Source: an uncultured delta proteobacterium (lineage in GTDB: Bacteria > Myxococcota_A > Polyangia > Polyangiales > Polyangiaceae). Taken from it: 64,000 nt of DNA. The translations under genes were made by a program, and so were the position numbers. The stretch is from positions 6,912,001 through 6,976,000 of the forward strand of contig CAWAIF010000003.1 in assembly GCA_963782055.1 (NCBI GenBank), written 5' to 3'. Numbering within the stretch: position 1 is the first letter of the stretch; every line of letters begins with the position of its first letter. Shown here piece by piece: positions 21,501-31,282 of the stretch. The notes beneath the pieces were generated by a model, which was not told the origin of the DNA, ran no database searches, and saw nothing but the letters and a program-made list of their open reading frames with translations.

Positions 21501-22182
21501 CGAAGGCGCCGAACCAGCTCTTGACGAGCGCGCTGAAGAGCTGCGCGCGCTCCGCCGGGTCGGTGGAGCCCGCGGCGGCGTCGAAGCGAGCCTTGTCCCA
21601 CGCCTGCGCGCGCTTGCCCCAGCCGGCGGCGGCCGGCACCTGGGCGTTCATCCGGGCGAAGAACTTCTCCTCGCCCAGCTCGGCGAGCATGCGCGCGGCA
21701 TCGACGAAGAGGGACTCGTCGGCGAAGAGGCCGGGCAGGTCGGCGTCGGGGTAGTGCTCGCGGACGAAGTGCAAGTACTGGTCGAAGATGGCGTCCTCGA
21801 TGCCGCGCTTGTCGACCATGTGGAAGTGAAGCTCCACCAGCTTCTTCTTCCCGACGAAGTCGTACTTGGGGCGAAGTGCGTGCAGCTCCTTGATGCGCCA
21901 CGCCTCCTCGTCGCCGCGAAGCAGCAGGCTTAGCAGCACCATGAAGTGGCTCTTGCCGCTGCCGAAGCTGCCGTGGATGTACGCGGCCTTCGACCGCCGG
22001 TCGCGCAGCGCGCTGCTGACGATGCCGAGCGCCCGATCGAAGGCGTCGGCTAGGCGCTCGGTGACGACGAAGGTGTGGGCGGCCTCGCCGGGCTTGCCGA
22101 CCGCGTCGGTCAGCTTGACGACGAAGTCGCTCTTGCCGACGTGGTCGGGCAGGTCGAAGAGATCGCGGACGAGTTCCGGCAT
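18532..22182 (-). CDS. pglY: BREX-2 ATPase PglY (BrxC family)
   Basis: HGSFGSGKSHF, FLDELILWL, SFIARQRDL, YPFSPAL. Confidence 0.92.
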   Translation of the reverse strand: MPELVRDLFDLPDHVGKSDFVVKLTDAVGKPGEAAHTFVVTERLADAFDRALGIVSSALRDRRSKAAYIHGSFGSGKSHFMVLLSLLLRGDEEAWRIKELHALRPKYDFVGKKKLVELHFHMVDKRGIEDAIFDQYLHFVREHYPDADLPGLFADESLFVDAARMLAELGEEKFFARMNAQVPAAAGWGKRAQAWDKARFDAAAGSTDPAERAQLFSALVKSWFGAFAEKGGSYLDLDTGLSVMSRHAKELGYDGVVLFLDELILWLWSLATTPEILHREVQKMVKLVEAQEADRPVPIISFIARQRDLAEMVGEDMLGDEHVRLRDSLRWWEGRYEKVMLEDKNLPEIIERRVLRPKNGDPKPIDDAFASFKKGAGASWYTLLGQEDERAFRRLYPFSPALVEALVALSASLQRERTAIRMLMEMLVEYMPDLAVGEIVRVGDLFDVLAAGEDAVDGMMKNRFESAKSLYKHKLLPIIRAAHGTTGPDRCQRERPSHLTRLGCAGCPEKGCRTDNRIAKTLLVAALVPEVPALKDLTCSKLVQLNQGSLKVPVPGGEAAEIAQRLRRWAGSLGQLRIGDGADPSVRLQLEGVDLGPILDKFRGKDSPGARQRVLRNVLFGAMGIEEVGDAGQDRVVVWHNTKRSGHLRFANVRKLGPEQLRCADAHEWRMIVDYPFDDAGHGPVDDEEVCDRFVEEGGSWTLVWLPSFFAKEVNDLLGELTILEYIFDSKDTQREAVSHLGVADQQRAQSDLDNLRHAKRGRLVRVLDQAYGLARPKDGDLDESAIVEQNLRVLKPGAKISPLMAPNLSEALERYVGALLEARYPSNPELREPLTPQRVERLVEKFGELVDSDQKRLAADKTLVNEMRDTLGELGLVRTSEGAVHLVEDKTLQTLEQERAKAGSQEPQVVELRRWLDPQRKRGLSPETEDLVIRCYARWAARTFMQAGRPLEPVARTRLADDVILEKPPLPPMDQWNKALGLAGYLFGFTLPGKALHADNLKRFEVALAKELGRVERAAAALPALVERRLAALGAETKVDRVTTAKSGAAICKSLAGASTLEQIAALARFEPKTSAQALGRSLMTAEKVAAQLADDVFFHAFEPLLSEHADVQGATEVVEKVVRALRQDEVNEPLVETLRKLAQEAIALRPAPPPPPQGWKVVLSERASAKGGAAARTQLDALIAKARAALEEAGDEVELTASVEVRGKPETDKA

Positions 22183-22195
22183 GAGGTGCGGCTTC

Positions 22196-22645
22196 TCAGG
22201 GGAGGTTTTGGAGGATCCGCCACTCGTCCCAGAGGCGGAGCGCCGCATTGACGAGATCGGCGTACTCGTGAGCGGAGTTGGCAGGCGACGCGTTGAAGAT
22301 CACAAGAACGTCGCCCGCCTTGACGACCCACGGTAGCGGACTGCGATACATGAGCGTCACGATTGGCTCCAACGTGTGCTGCCACCACTGCGTTGAGGTC
22401 CCGTCCAATCCCGTACCTGCCTGGACCGCCGTGGCATCGGGAGCCACGACGTCCAGATAGGAGAGAATGTTGTTGCCGCCTGGGGGGAGGCCGATATGCC
22501 GACGCACAACCCGACCCGGGCTATGCTGCGGGACGAGCATCGGATCGGACGGGAACGGCGCCCCAGGGATGTCGTGCATGTGCAGGTAGGCTTGGACGCC
22601 GTCCCGGCCCGTGCGGGCGCGTACATGCTGGGCCGTCAGGTACAT
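22196..22645 (-). CDS. Hypothetical protein (149 aa) inserted in the BREX operon
   Basis: ORF MYLTAQHV... tightly packed between neighbours. Confidence 0.65.
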   Translation of the reverse strand: MYLTAQHVRARTGRDGVQAYLHMHDIPGAPFPSDPMLVPQHSPGRVVRRHIGLPPGGNNILSYLDVVAPDATAVQAGTGLDGTSTQWWQHTLEPIVTLMYRSPLPWVVKAGDVLVIFNASPANSAHEYADLVNAALRLWDEWRILQNLP

Positions 22646-22646
22646 C

Positions 22647-23012
22647 TCACGCCACTCTTCGGTGCGGTCCACTCTCGTCCGCCTCGTCGACGCACTCCTC
22701 GACGGGCGGGACGGTGGCATGGGGAGCGACAGGCGTCGGGAAGGCGCGGATGAACTCGCCATGCCGTTCGGCGGATTGCTTCCTCGAGTGAAATATGATC
22801 ACGAGCGGTCCCCCTGCCGCGCTCTGCAGCTCGGCGCGGTGCGCGGCGATCATGCGGCGGAGGCGTGACTGATCCGTCGGGTCGGCGTTGAAGACCTGGA
22901 GCGTGCGCTCCCGACCGTCATAGTCGCCGACGAGCCGTTCCGGAGGAACCCATCGCACCGGTCGGCCCTCGACGAGCCTGGAAACGAAGAAGGGCACGTG
23001 CTCGCGATTCAT
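22647..23012 (-). CDS. Hypothetical protein (121 aa), coupled to the HEPN gene
   Basis: ATG overlaps the HEPN stop; no motif recognised. Confidence 0.65.
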   Translation of the reverse strand: MNREHVPFFVSRLVEGRPVRWVPPERLVGDYDGRERTLQVFNADPTDQSRLRRMIAAHRAELQSAAGGPLVIIFHSRKQSAERHGEFIRAFPTPVAPHATVPPVEECVDEADESGPHRRVA

Positions 23013-23395
23013 CAGAGAAGCTCCTCCACAAGTGCCTTCGCGAGCCCGGCGGCACGATCGGCCTCCTCACGCTCCACCGGGTCGTCGTGGTAGTCCGCCT
23101 TGATCCGCAGCGCGTAAAGGTCTTCGAGGTCGAGAGCCCTGTCTTGCGTGAGGATGCGGGACCCCACGGCGTCGTCGGGCAACGTGTCGTGCCGGTAGTA
23201 GCCCTTCTCGGAGGTGAACGCGACATCCCGAGCCTGCGCGACGTGGGCGACCGCGTGGTACGCGGCGTAGTAGGCGCGGTTCGCCACCGCGTTCGCGAGA
23301 CAGTCGCGAACGCCATCGTCGTCGGGGAGCAGTCGGTCGACGGCCTCCAGGTTCTCCCGAGCCTTCTCGTCGAACTCCATCGGTGCCGCCGTCAT
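23012..23395 (-). CDS. HEPN domain protein
   Basis: NRAYYAAYHA, YYRH and LYALRIKADY match the UPF0332-type HEPN pattern; own TAGAAT -10 box upstream. Confidence 0.8.
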   Translation of the reverse strand: MTAAPMEFDEKARENLEAVDRLLPDDDGVRDCLANAVANRAYYAAYHAVAHVAQARDVAFTSEKGYYRHDTLPDDAVGSRILTQDRALDLEDLYALRIKADYHDDPVEREEADRAAGLAKALVEELL

Positions 23396-23426
23396 GGTCC
23401 CCCACATTCTAGCTCGGCGCGCAGCA

Positions 23427-26400
23427 TCAGGGTGCCTCCGCTTTCCTCGTGGACTTCTTGGTGCGAGACGACGCTCTCTTCGCTGGGCGAAAAGCGCGGA
23501 GGTCGTCCTCGGTGAGGCCGAGCTCGCGCATCTGGCCCTGGAGGAAGCCCTCGAAGTAGTCCCCGAGGCGGAGGCCGTCGAACTCGGCGTTCGGCTCATT
23601 GTGCCACTGCTTGATCCAGGGGAGCAGCTCCAGGATGCCGGCGAGCATCGGGAGCAGGCGCTCCTTGGTCCAGCCCTCGCAATCCTTGCGATCGTTGTAG
23701 AGCGCGGCGAGGGCCTGAGCCTGCTCCAGGTGGTTCCACCCGGCCCATCCGTAGACCGGCTCCTTGTCCTCGTCGCTCTCGCAGCCGGGGTAGCTGATGA
23801 AGCGCTCCTTCGGCACGTCCAGCTTGCCGCGGAGGCGCCAGCAGGTGGCGTCGCGGTAGTCCTTCTGGTCGTACTTGGGCGGGACGGGCATCTCGCCGAC
23901 CTTCTCGCCGGCGTCTTCGCGGCGCTGGAGCTCCCAGGTGTCCTGCCACTCCGCGTGCTTCTCTAACCCGGCGTCGGTGAAGCGGTAGGCGGCGAGGAAG
24001 GGAACGGCGTCGTCTTGAATCGAGGCGCGGAGGGCAACGCCAGGATCGGCAACGGGGAGGATGCTGGAACGACTGGCGTCGGCGAGAAACGTCCGTTCCA
24101 GGCCGCGTACGCTCTCGCAGGTGCCTCGCGCACGGCACGCTTCTTCGGCAAGACCAAGCACCGCCTCGCGACGTGCAGCGTCAACGGCGCCCGGCCAGTC
24201 GGTGATACCCCACCTTCTCTTGTAAGAGGGCTGCTCAACCAGCTGCACCTCCGGCGGCAGCGAGACTGGGGGCCGTTGTCCCTCCGATGGGGAAGGCATC
24301 GAGTAGCCCTGGCGCGCGAACCATGCCGTGCCGGGCCGCTCACGCGCTAGCTGCTGTTCGAACCAACGATGCCCTGGCTCGATCGCTGACGGCTGGGCTT
24401 CGGGAATAGCAGCGAGTCCGAACAAGGCATAGACCTCGAAGTCAATCCGTTCCTGGAGCGCCACCATGCGTCGCAGTACGATACCTTCCTGCGCCTGGGC
24501 TTGCGCCGCGCTCCCTTGGTCGCCGTCGTGCCGAGCATCTAGACGCCGTTCGAAGAGAGCGGACGGAGCCAACGCGGCGCGCTCCGACGCAAGAGCGAGC
24601 ATTTCGGAAGCGAGCGGAACGAGACGCGTCAGCCCGTTTGGAATCGGGATCGTCGCGAGCTTTGTCCCGTCGAACTCGAAGCGAGACTCCCAGCCCTCAT
24701 CTTGAATACCCCGCCCAATGCCGCTGCCGCCCTTGTTCATCATGACCTGCTTCATCCAGAAGCACGCGGTGGAGCTGTTGAGGTAGGCGAGGAGGGCCAG
24801 GTGGTCGTCTTCCGTCGCGCCCTCGGGCAGCTTGATGATCGGGGCCGACCGGTTGAACACCTTGCCGCCGCGGTCGAGCACGAAGTGGTTGTGCGTCGCG
24901 ACGAAGGCGAAGGTGATCGAGAGCGGTGTTCGCAGCTTGTTTGAGTACAGCTCCTGGAGTTCGTACCAGCTAAGTCCACGGACGAGCATCGGCACACCGA
25001 ATCTCTTCCTGCGAGAGATCAGCGCTCGGTACCGCCACAAGTACCTTAGTTCGCTGGTGAGCTTGTCCGGCGCGAGCAGCGTGAAGTCCTCCGAAAAAGG
25101 AAAGACACATTCGCCTGCGCTCGCCAGCGCCCAGTCGCGCACGAATTCGCCGGTTACCAGCGGCACCGTTCGACCAACGCGCAGACGGCGGGCAGCCTCA
25201 GCCGGCAACACATACACATCGTCCTCGCCGGTGACGCATGAGATGCCAACGCTGTCGGCAATGTCAGCTAGCGTCTTCTCTGCCCGCTCCTCCAGAAGCT
25301 CTTTGAGCTCGCTCGCCCCGCCGCCGCCGAGGCTCCACGGGTGCTTCGCCAGCGTGTCGCGATCGATCTCAGCGACGGTGATGTACTCGTTGTCGAAGCC
25401 GACCTCGTCACCGTGGTCGACGATGCTTCTCCAGACCAGCCCGCGCGCCGGCTCCTCCGGCGTGCTCGGTTCGCCTCGGTTCGCCAGGATCGCATGCACG
25501 GTCGTTGCCTGCGGCGCCTCCGTCGTACCGAAGAGCAGCACGGTGGGCGTGCCGTGCCCGGGGATGTAGGCGCCGGAGGTGTTCTCCACGCGGGTGAGGT
25601 TCCAGCCCGGGAGCACCTCCTCGATGAGCTTCTTGCCGAACTCCCTCTTCATGAAGGAGTTCGCAGTGATCATCCCTACGAAGGCTCCCTTCTTCCCGAG
25701 CTGAAAGAAGCGCTCGGTGAACGGGGCGGCGAGGGAGTACTTCCCCGCGGCGCTCGCGTACGCGACGCGGTACTTCTCTCGCAGCACGGGGTCCTTGCAG
25801 GTGATGTACGGCGGATTGCCTACGACGGCGGCGTACTGCCTCTGCAGCACCTCCCGCGCCGCTTTCGGATCCTCCAGCCGATAGAGGTGCCCATGCCACG
25901 CCTCCAGCTCCTGGCCTTCCTGGTGGGCGAGGTCGAGCTGCTTGGCCTGCGGGTTGTACAGAAGCGAGTCGGCGACGACGAGGTGCAGCGGGAGCGCCGG
26001 CGCCCCGGCGAGCCTGGAGAAGCCCGCCTTCTGGAGCGCCGCCAGGGTGAGCCGCAGGCGCGCGATGGCGACGGCGAAGGGGTTGATATCCGCGCCGGAC
26101 ACGGCGTCCAGCGCCTTGCGCACGGCCTCGCGCTCGCTCGTGTCCGGCTCCTGCCGGCGGCGGTGCTCGTAGAGCCGCTCGAAGGCGCCGAGCAGGAAGT
26201 GCCCGCTGCCGCAGGTCGGGTCGATGAGCGTGGTGTCGTCCAGGCCGAAGCGCGCGATCGCCGGCTCCAGGGTGCCGTCCAGGATGTAGCTCTCGACGAA
26301 CCCCGGCGTCTGGAGCAGGGCGAAGCGCTTGCGGACGGCCTCGTCCAGGTCCTGGTACAGATCGCCGAGGAAGCGGGTGTCCGGCTGGCCGAAGCGGAAG

Positions 26401-26951
26401 GCCGGCGCGTCGGCGCTCGGCGCGCGGAAGAGGGCGAGCAGCGCCTTGGCCGCGTCCGCGGAGGGCGCCAGCAGCCAGACGGGGTTGTGCGCGCCGTCGA
26501 AGAGGGCGCGGGTCGCGGGGAAGCGGGAGAGCTCCCGGAAGACGGTGAGCAGGTAGTCGCGCTCGGTGAGGGAGGGCGCGAGCTCGAAGAAGAGCCGCTG
26601 GCTATCCTGCGCGCCCGGGCCGGCGATGCGCGGGTGGCCGAGCAGGTTGCGGTCCTCCAGGGTGCGCACGAAGACGCAGGAGAGGAGCCACGCGGCGGCC
26701 ACCTGCTCGATGAAGTGCCCGCGCCACTCGGCGAAGCTGTCACCGGTGCGCCCGGCGTCCCGCTCGCGTGCGTGGGTCGTCGCGAGCGCCGCTCGCACTG
26801 CGGGCGACGCCTCGGAGCGATCGTGAAGGTCGGTCTTCAGCAGCGCGAGCACCGGCCGAGTCGCGGCGAGGAAGGCCGCGCTGTCGAGCGGAGCGTGGGG
26901 ATCGGCCTGCGCTGTGAGCTCCGTCGTCTTCGTCTTGCGCCTCGAGGCCAT
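23427..26951 (-). CDS. pglX: BREX-2 adenine DNA methyltransferase PglX
   Basis: [48 protein letters not shown]. Confidence 0.93.
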   Translation of the reverse strand: MASRRKTKTTELTAQADPHAPLDSAAFLAATRPVLALLKTDLHDRSEASPAVRAALATTHARERDAGRTGDSFAEWRGHFIEQVAAAWLLSCVFVRTLEDRNLLGHPRIAGPGAQDSQRLFFELAPSLTERDYLLTVFRELSRFPATRALFDGAHNPVWLLAPSADAAKALLALFRAPSADAPAFRFGQPDTRFLGDLYQDLDEAVRKRFALLQTPGFVESYILDGTLEPAIARFGLDDTTLIDPTCGSGHFLLGAFERLYEHRRRQEPDTSEREAVRKALDAVSGADINPFAVAIARLRLTLAALQKAGFSRLAGAPALPLHLVVADSLLYNPQAKQLDLAHQEGQELEAWHGHLYRLEDPKAAREVLQRQYAAVVGNPPYITCKDPVLREKYRVAYASAAGKYSLAAPFTERFFQLGKKGAFVGMITANSFMKREFGKKLIEEVLPGWNLTRVENTSGAYIPGHGTPTVLLFGTTEAPQATTVHAILANRGEPSTPEEPARGLVWRSIVDHGDEVGFDNEYITVAEIDRDTLAKHPWSLGGGGASELKELLEERAEKTLADIADSVGISCVTGEDDVYVLPAEAARRLRVGRTVPLVTGEFVRDWALASAGECVFPFSEDFTLLAPDKLTSELRYLWRYRALISRRKRFGVPMLVRGLSWYELQELYSNKLRTPLSITFAFVATHNHFVLDRGGKVFNRSAPIIKLPEGATEDDHLALLAYLNSSTACFWMKQVMMNKGGSGIGRGIQDEGWESRFEFDGTKLATIPIPNGLTRLVPLASEMLALASERAALAPSALFERRLDARHDGDQGSAAQAQAQEGIVLRRMVALQERIDFEVYALFGLAAIPEAQPSAIEPGHRWFEQQLARERPGTAWFARQGYSMPSPSEGQRPPVSLPPEVQLVEQPSYKRRWGITDWPGAVDAARREAVLGLAEEACRARGTCESVRGLERTFLADASRSSILPVADPGVALRASIQDDAVPFLAAYRFTDAGLEKHAEWQDTWELQRREDAGEKVGEMPVPPKYDQKDYRDATCWRLRGKLDVPKERFISYPGCESDEDKEPVYGWAGWNHLEQAQALAALYNDRKDCEGWTKERLLPMLAGILELLPWIKQWHNEPNAEFDGLRLGDYFEGFLQGQMRELGLTEDDLRAFRPAKRASSRTKKSTRKAEAP

Positions 26952-26975
26952 CAATCCTTCCGTCTCTCTTTCCGC

Positions 26976-29900
26976 TCAGCCGGCCGCGTCGTGCTTGCTC
27001 GCCGCGGTGACCCAGGTGTCGGGCATCCACATGGACTTGGCCCCCGCGACGGACCAGCCCGGCAGGTGCGGGACACCGCCAACGTCGCGGGAGGGGACGA
27101 CCACGAAGATCGCCGGGGCGTCCTCCTCGTCAGCGGCCGCGCGCAGCCGCTCGCTGAAGCTGTCGAGCTGGTAGCGGGCGAAGAGCCCCGGCTGCGCGAG
27201 CACGAGCGGGGTCCTGGGGGGAAGCAGCGCGTCGGCGACAAGGTCCGCCGCGTCTCTCGCCAGCTTCCGGAGCAGCGCCCACGTGTCGGGCGCGAGATCG
27301 GCCTCCGCGTCCGCCTTCTGGATCGCGGCGTCGTCGACCTCGTCCTTCGCCTGCAGGACGCGCATCTGCTCGATGAGCTCCCGGCTGATGTCGATGGGGG
27401 TCACCCCGAGCCTGGTGGCGAGGGCGAGGGTGGCTTCCTCCGCGCGGGCGGTGCGGACGCCCACTACGCGCAGGCCGCCGCGCTCCAGCGCGTTGCGCAG
27501 CCGGTCGTCGAAGTCGGCGGCGTGCTCGTCGATGCCCTTCGGTAACGAGGAAAAGCTCGTCCCGAAGGAGGTGCCGGGCTCACGCTCGTCGGGGCGATGA
27601 AAGACGAGACCGTCGAAGGCGAGGCCGTGGGGCTCCAGGAGCGCGTCCAGGGCGGGCCGGGGAGGTACGGGCTCCGCCTCGGGGTAGCGCGCCGCCACGC
27701 GGGCGGCGACGGCCTCCGGCGTGAGCTTGCCGCGGAGCAGCGGGGCGCAGAGGACGATGGCGCGCGCGGCGGGCAGTCCCTTCCGGTAGATCTCTTGCCG
27801 GGTCGAGCACGCCGCGTGCGCGCTCACGTCGGTTCCAAGGCGCGCGAGGACGTCGGCGCCCAGGCTCGCGAAGGGAGAGTCCTTCGCCGCTTCGACGAGG
27901 ACCCGCGCGACCTCCCCCCACGAGGCCAGCACATCGCGATCGGCGAGGGCGTCGCACGCGGTCCCGAGCGCGCGGAGCGCGGCGGCGTGCGCCTCGCTGG
28001 CGACAATCCACGGTCGATCGTGGATGCGCACGTAGAGCAGGCCCTCCGGCGCCTCCTTCTCGACCTCGGTGACGATGCGCACCAGCGCGGCGGCCCGCGC
28101 GAGGCTCAGCTCGGGCGGTGCGGCGCGGTCGTACGCGACACGCGCGAGGAGCGAGCTCGCGGCCTTCTCCAGCGTCAGCGCTCCCGCTCCTTCATCCAGC
28201 ACGCCCCGCACCAGGGCCCTGAGCTCGGCGATGGAAGCGTGCTTCTCCCAGAGGGGACGGTACTCGCTCAGAGCCAAGTAGACGTTGGCGCGGGTCACAT
28301 CGTGGTGGGTGGCGACCTCCGCGGCGCTCACGTCCAGTCGGCCCAGGAAGGGCTCGGCGAGACCGTAGACGGAGAGCACGTACTTCGCGCGCTTCTTCGC
28401 GGGCGAGAGCAGCACGTCCACCCAGCCCTCGATGGTGCTCGGGTGGGCGCGCTTGGCGGCGGCTCCGTTCTCCTTGGTGAGCAGCGCGTGCACGGCGGCG
28501 GCGTCGAACCCGTGACGCTCGGCGAGCTGCGTCACCGTCGCGGCGGGCGCGCCGGCAATCGCCCGGAGGGTACGGAGGCCCGCGTCGTTCAGCACGGTCG
28601 CCGCGAGGGGCTCGACGCCGAGCGTGCTGATGAGCAGGTCCTCGCCGCGGAAGCCCGCGAAGAAGGGCTCGACCGCCGCCGGCTCCAGCGGCGCGACCGC
28701 CGTCCAGACCGCCCGGAACTCCAAGATCTCCTTGGCGACGCGCGTCCCCACCCCGCGCACCGCAGAGAGGCGGTTGTCGGGCAGGGAAAGGAGGTCGCCG
28801 GCCACGGCGGCGCCGGCGCGGTCGAGGGCGTTGCGCGCGCGGGTGGAGAGAGGGAGCTGCTCGAGCGGTGCGGAAGGCCCGATCGCACGAAGCACCGCCT
28901 CGGACCACTCTTCGCGCGTGCCCGACTCGGTAGCGAGCACCTCCTCGGAGGTGGCGACCGCCGGGCGCGTCGCCGCGGGATGCTCCGACTCCGCACGGAA
29001 GACGCGTTCCCACGCCTGCCGCATCTGCTTCGCGCTCTCGAAGCGATGCTCGAGGTCGCGAGCGAGGGCTCGGGCGAAGAACCTGGAGAGGGGCTCGCGG
29101 CACGACGGGTCGAAGCGTTCCGCGGCGACGACGACCTCGGCGTCCGGATCCAGGTGGCTCTTGCCCTCGGCGAGGGTGGGCCGGACGCCGGTCAGCATCT
29201 CGTGGAGGGTGACCGCGGCGCTGTAGCGGTCTGCGGCGGGGTCCCACTTCCCGCGCAGGGAGAGGAAGGGATCGCGGTACGCGGTGGTCCCGACGTGAAG
29301 GTCCGAGGGCGCCGCGCGGACGAGGGAGAAGTCGAAGAGGGTGAGGCGGACGTCCTTCTTGGTCGTGGTCCCGACACCGAGGTTCGCCGGCTTGATGTCG
29401 CGGTGGACGATGCCCTCTTCCTGCAGGTACTCCAGCGCGCTGAGCAGGTCTTCCCCGAAGCGCGCCGCGTAGTCGAGGGACACCGGGCCCTCGGTGGCGA
29501 GGTAGGACTGCAGCGTCTTGGTGCCGGCGAGGGAGAGCAGCAGACACTCCCGCCCCCCGATGGTGCGCCGGTCCACGAGCTGCGTGATCCGCGGGTGCCG
29601 CAGCTTCGCGAGGGCCTCGCCTTCCTCGCGCAGGCGCTCGTCGTGCTCCTCGGAGAGGCTCACCTTGAGCGCGTAGGTCGCGGTGTCCTTCTCGCGCAGG
29701 ACCTGGAGGACGCGACTGGTCGCGCCGTGGCCGAGCACGCCCTCGACGAGCAGGTCGCCGCCCACCCATTCGTCCTTCCGGGCTTCCAGCGGGTCCACTT
29801 CGCTCGGCGGGGCAGCGGGCACGGGCTGGGCCTCGGTCGCGAGGAGCTCGACCCAAGTCACCAGATCGTCCGCGCGGAGCGCCGGCGTGCGGGCGGTGGC

Positions 29901-31274
29901 CTCGCGCACCAGCTCAGCGACGCCGTCGGGCAGGTAGTCGACCGCCGCGCTCGGATCGAGGTTGCCGTCACGCACCAGGCGCGCGTCCATCTCGGCGAGG
30001 GTCAATCCGGGGGCCCTCCCGGTGAGGGCGAAGTACGCGACGGCACCCAGGCTGAAGGTATCGGTGAGCTCGCTGCCGCGCGTCGGGTCCTCGCGAAGCT
30101 CGGGCGCCTGGTACAGCGACCAGAACTCGCCGGCGAGCTGGGACCAGTGCACGGTGGCGCTCGCCCGATCGCCCTCGGCGAGCTGGAAGTTGAAGAGCCG
30201 CGTGTCGATGCGCCCGTCGTCCGGATGACGGCGGACCAGGACGGCGTCGGGGCTCAGCGCGCGGTGCACCACGCCCTTGCCGTGGCAGAAGCAAAGCGCG
30301 CGACCCACCTGACACACGATGGCGGCGCGCTCCTCCACGCTCAGGCTCGCCTCCTGGCGCAGGAACGCCGGGAGGGGGATCCCGCCGGCGAAGTCGTCGA
30401 AGAGGACCGTGGGGCCCAGCGGCGCGTCGGTCTCGTGGTCGATGAAGGAGAGGATGTTCGGGTGCTCGCGCAGGCCGTAGAGGAGCTGCGCCTCGCGCTC
30501 GGCGGCGCGGCGAAGCTGCTGCCGGCGCTCCACGCTGGTCTGCTGCGGCACCAGGTAGACGCGCGCGCGCCGACGCATCCCTTCGAGGGTACGGTGCTCG
30601 GCCGCGCGATCCTGGAAGCCGGGCCCCTCGAGCAGCACCTGGCCGAGCGCGTACTGGCCGGCGTAGGTCTGGCCCTTGCGGCGCTGCAGGCCGATGGCCG
30701 CCATCGCCTGGACGATGTCGCGCATCTGCGGCGCGTTGATGCGAGGGGGCTTCTGGTTGGGGTTCGCGCCGACGAACTGGTGCTGCACGAGCGCGTCGCG
30801 CAACGTCGACCGGGTCACCACCCGCACCTCGCCACCGTCACGCAGATCGATCTGCAGCTCGTCCTCGGGCGCGCTCAGGAACACCAGCGCCTCGATCCAC
30901 GGCGCGCGGTGCGCCTGCATCTTCTTCTCGAGCCGGCTCTTGAGGACCTTCGCCTTGTGGTTGGTGAGGCGAAGCGGCGGATCCATGTAGCGAGGCTTGC
31001 CTCCGTCGGGAGGGAAGCGGTGCCAGTCGACGCTGTCCCCGGCGTAGCGGCCCGGGCCGCTCTTGACCTCGATCAGGTAGAGCGCCGAGTACCCGAGGAC
31101 GATGAGATCGATCTCGTAGAGGCGCCCCGTCGGAGGGTCGATAAGGTCGCACAGCGCCCACAGGTGATACGGATCGGTGTTCGGGAGCTGCTGGCCGACG
31201 AAGTCGATCGCCGCGCGCTCGTGGGCATGAGGGGTCTCGCCCTGCTCGACGATGCGTGACTTCTCCAGCGCCAT
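26976..31274 (-). CDS. pglW: BREX-2 Ser/Thr kinase PglW (NERD + two kinase domains + HhH-like region)
   Basis: EIDLIV...LIEVKS (NERD); HRALSP pseudo-kinase; HRDIKPANL, DFSL; LSTRARNALDRAG. Confidence 0.92.
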   Translation of the reverse strand: MALEKSRIVEQGETPHAHERAAIDFVGQQLPNTDPYHLWALCDLIDPPTGRLYEIDLIVLGYSALYLIEVKSGPGRYAGDSVDWHRFPPDGGKPRYMDPPLRLTNHKAKVLKSRLEKKMQAHRAPWIEALVFLSAPEDELQIDLRDGGEVRVVTRSTLRDALVQHQFVGANPNQKPPRINAPQMRDIVQAMAAIGLQRRKGQTYAGQYALGQVLLEGPGFQDRAAEHRTLEGMRRRARVYLVPQQTSVERRQQLRRAAEREAQLLYGLREHPNILSFIDHETDAPLGPTVLFDDFAGGIPLPAFLRQEASLSVEERAAIVCQVGRALCFCHGKGVVHRALSPDAVLVRRHPDDGRIDTRLFNFQLAEGDRASATVHWSQLAGEFWSLYQAPELREDPTRGSELTDTFSLGAVAYFALTGRAPGLTLAEMDARLVRDGNLDPSAAVDYLPDGVAELVREATARTPALRADDLVTWVELLATEAQPVPAAPPSEVDPLEARKDEWVGGDLLVEGVLGHGATSRVLQVLREKDTATYALKVSLSEEHDERLREEGEALAKLRHPRITQLVDRRTIGGRECLLLSLAGTKTLQSYLATEGPVSLDYAARFGEDLLSALEYLQEEGIVHRDIKPANLGVGTTTKKDVRLTLFDFSLVRAAPSDLHVGTTAYRDPFLSLRGKWDPAADRYSAAVTLHEMLTGVRPTLAEGKSHLDPDAEVVVAAERFDPSCREPLSRFFARALARDLEHRFESAKQMRQAWERVFRAESEHPAATRPAVATSEEVLATESGTREEWSEAVLRAIGPSAPLEQLPLSTRARNALDRAGAAVAGDLLSLPDNRLSAVRGVGTRVAKEILEFRAVWTAVAPLEPAAVEPFFAGFRGEDLLISTLGVEPLAATVLNDAGLRTLRAIAGAPAATVTQLAERHGFDAAAVHALLTKENGAAAKRAHPSTIEGWVDVLLSPAKKRAKYVLSVYGLAEPFLGRLDVSAAEVATHHDVTRANVYLALSEYRPLWEKHASIAELRALVRGVLDEGAGALTLEKAASSLLARVAYDRAAPPELSLARAAALVRIVTEVEKEAPEGLLYVRIHDRPWIVASEAHAAALRALGTACDALADRDVLASWGEVARVLVEAAKDSPFASLGADVLARLGTDVSAHAACSTRQEIYRKGLPAARAIVLCAPLLRGKLTPEAVAARVAARYPEAEPVPPRPALDALLEPHGLAFDGLVFHRPDEREPGTSFGTSFSSLPKGIDEHAADFDDRLRNALERGGLRVVGVRTARAEEATLALATRLGVTPIDISRELIEQMRVLQAKDEVDDAAIQKADAEADLAPDTWALLRKLARDAADLVADALLPPRTPLVLAQPGLFARYQLDSFSERLRAAADEEDAPAIFVVVPSRDVGGVPHLPGWSVAGAKSMWMPDTWVTAASKHDAAG

Positions 31275-31282
31275 CTCCTCCG

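Noticed and set aside
23427..26951. Phase-variable poly-G in pglX as in S. coelicolor
   Set aside because: No long G or C homopolymer seen in this pglX.
15758..31259. Long plus-strand ORFs (796, 1075, 734, 1220 aa)
   Set aside because: Antisense shadows of GC-rich BREX genes, with no motifs of their own.
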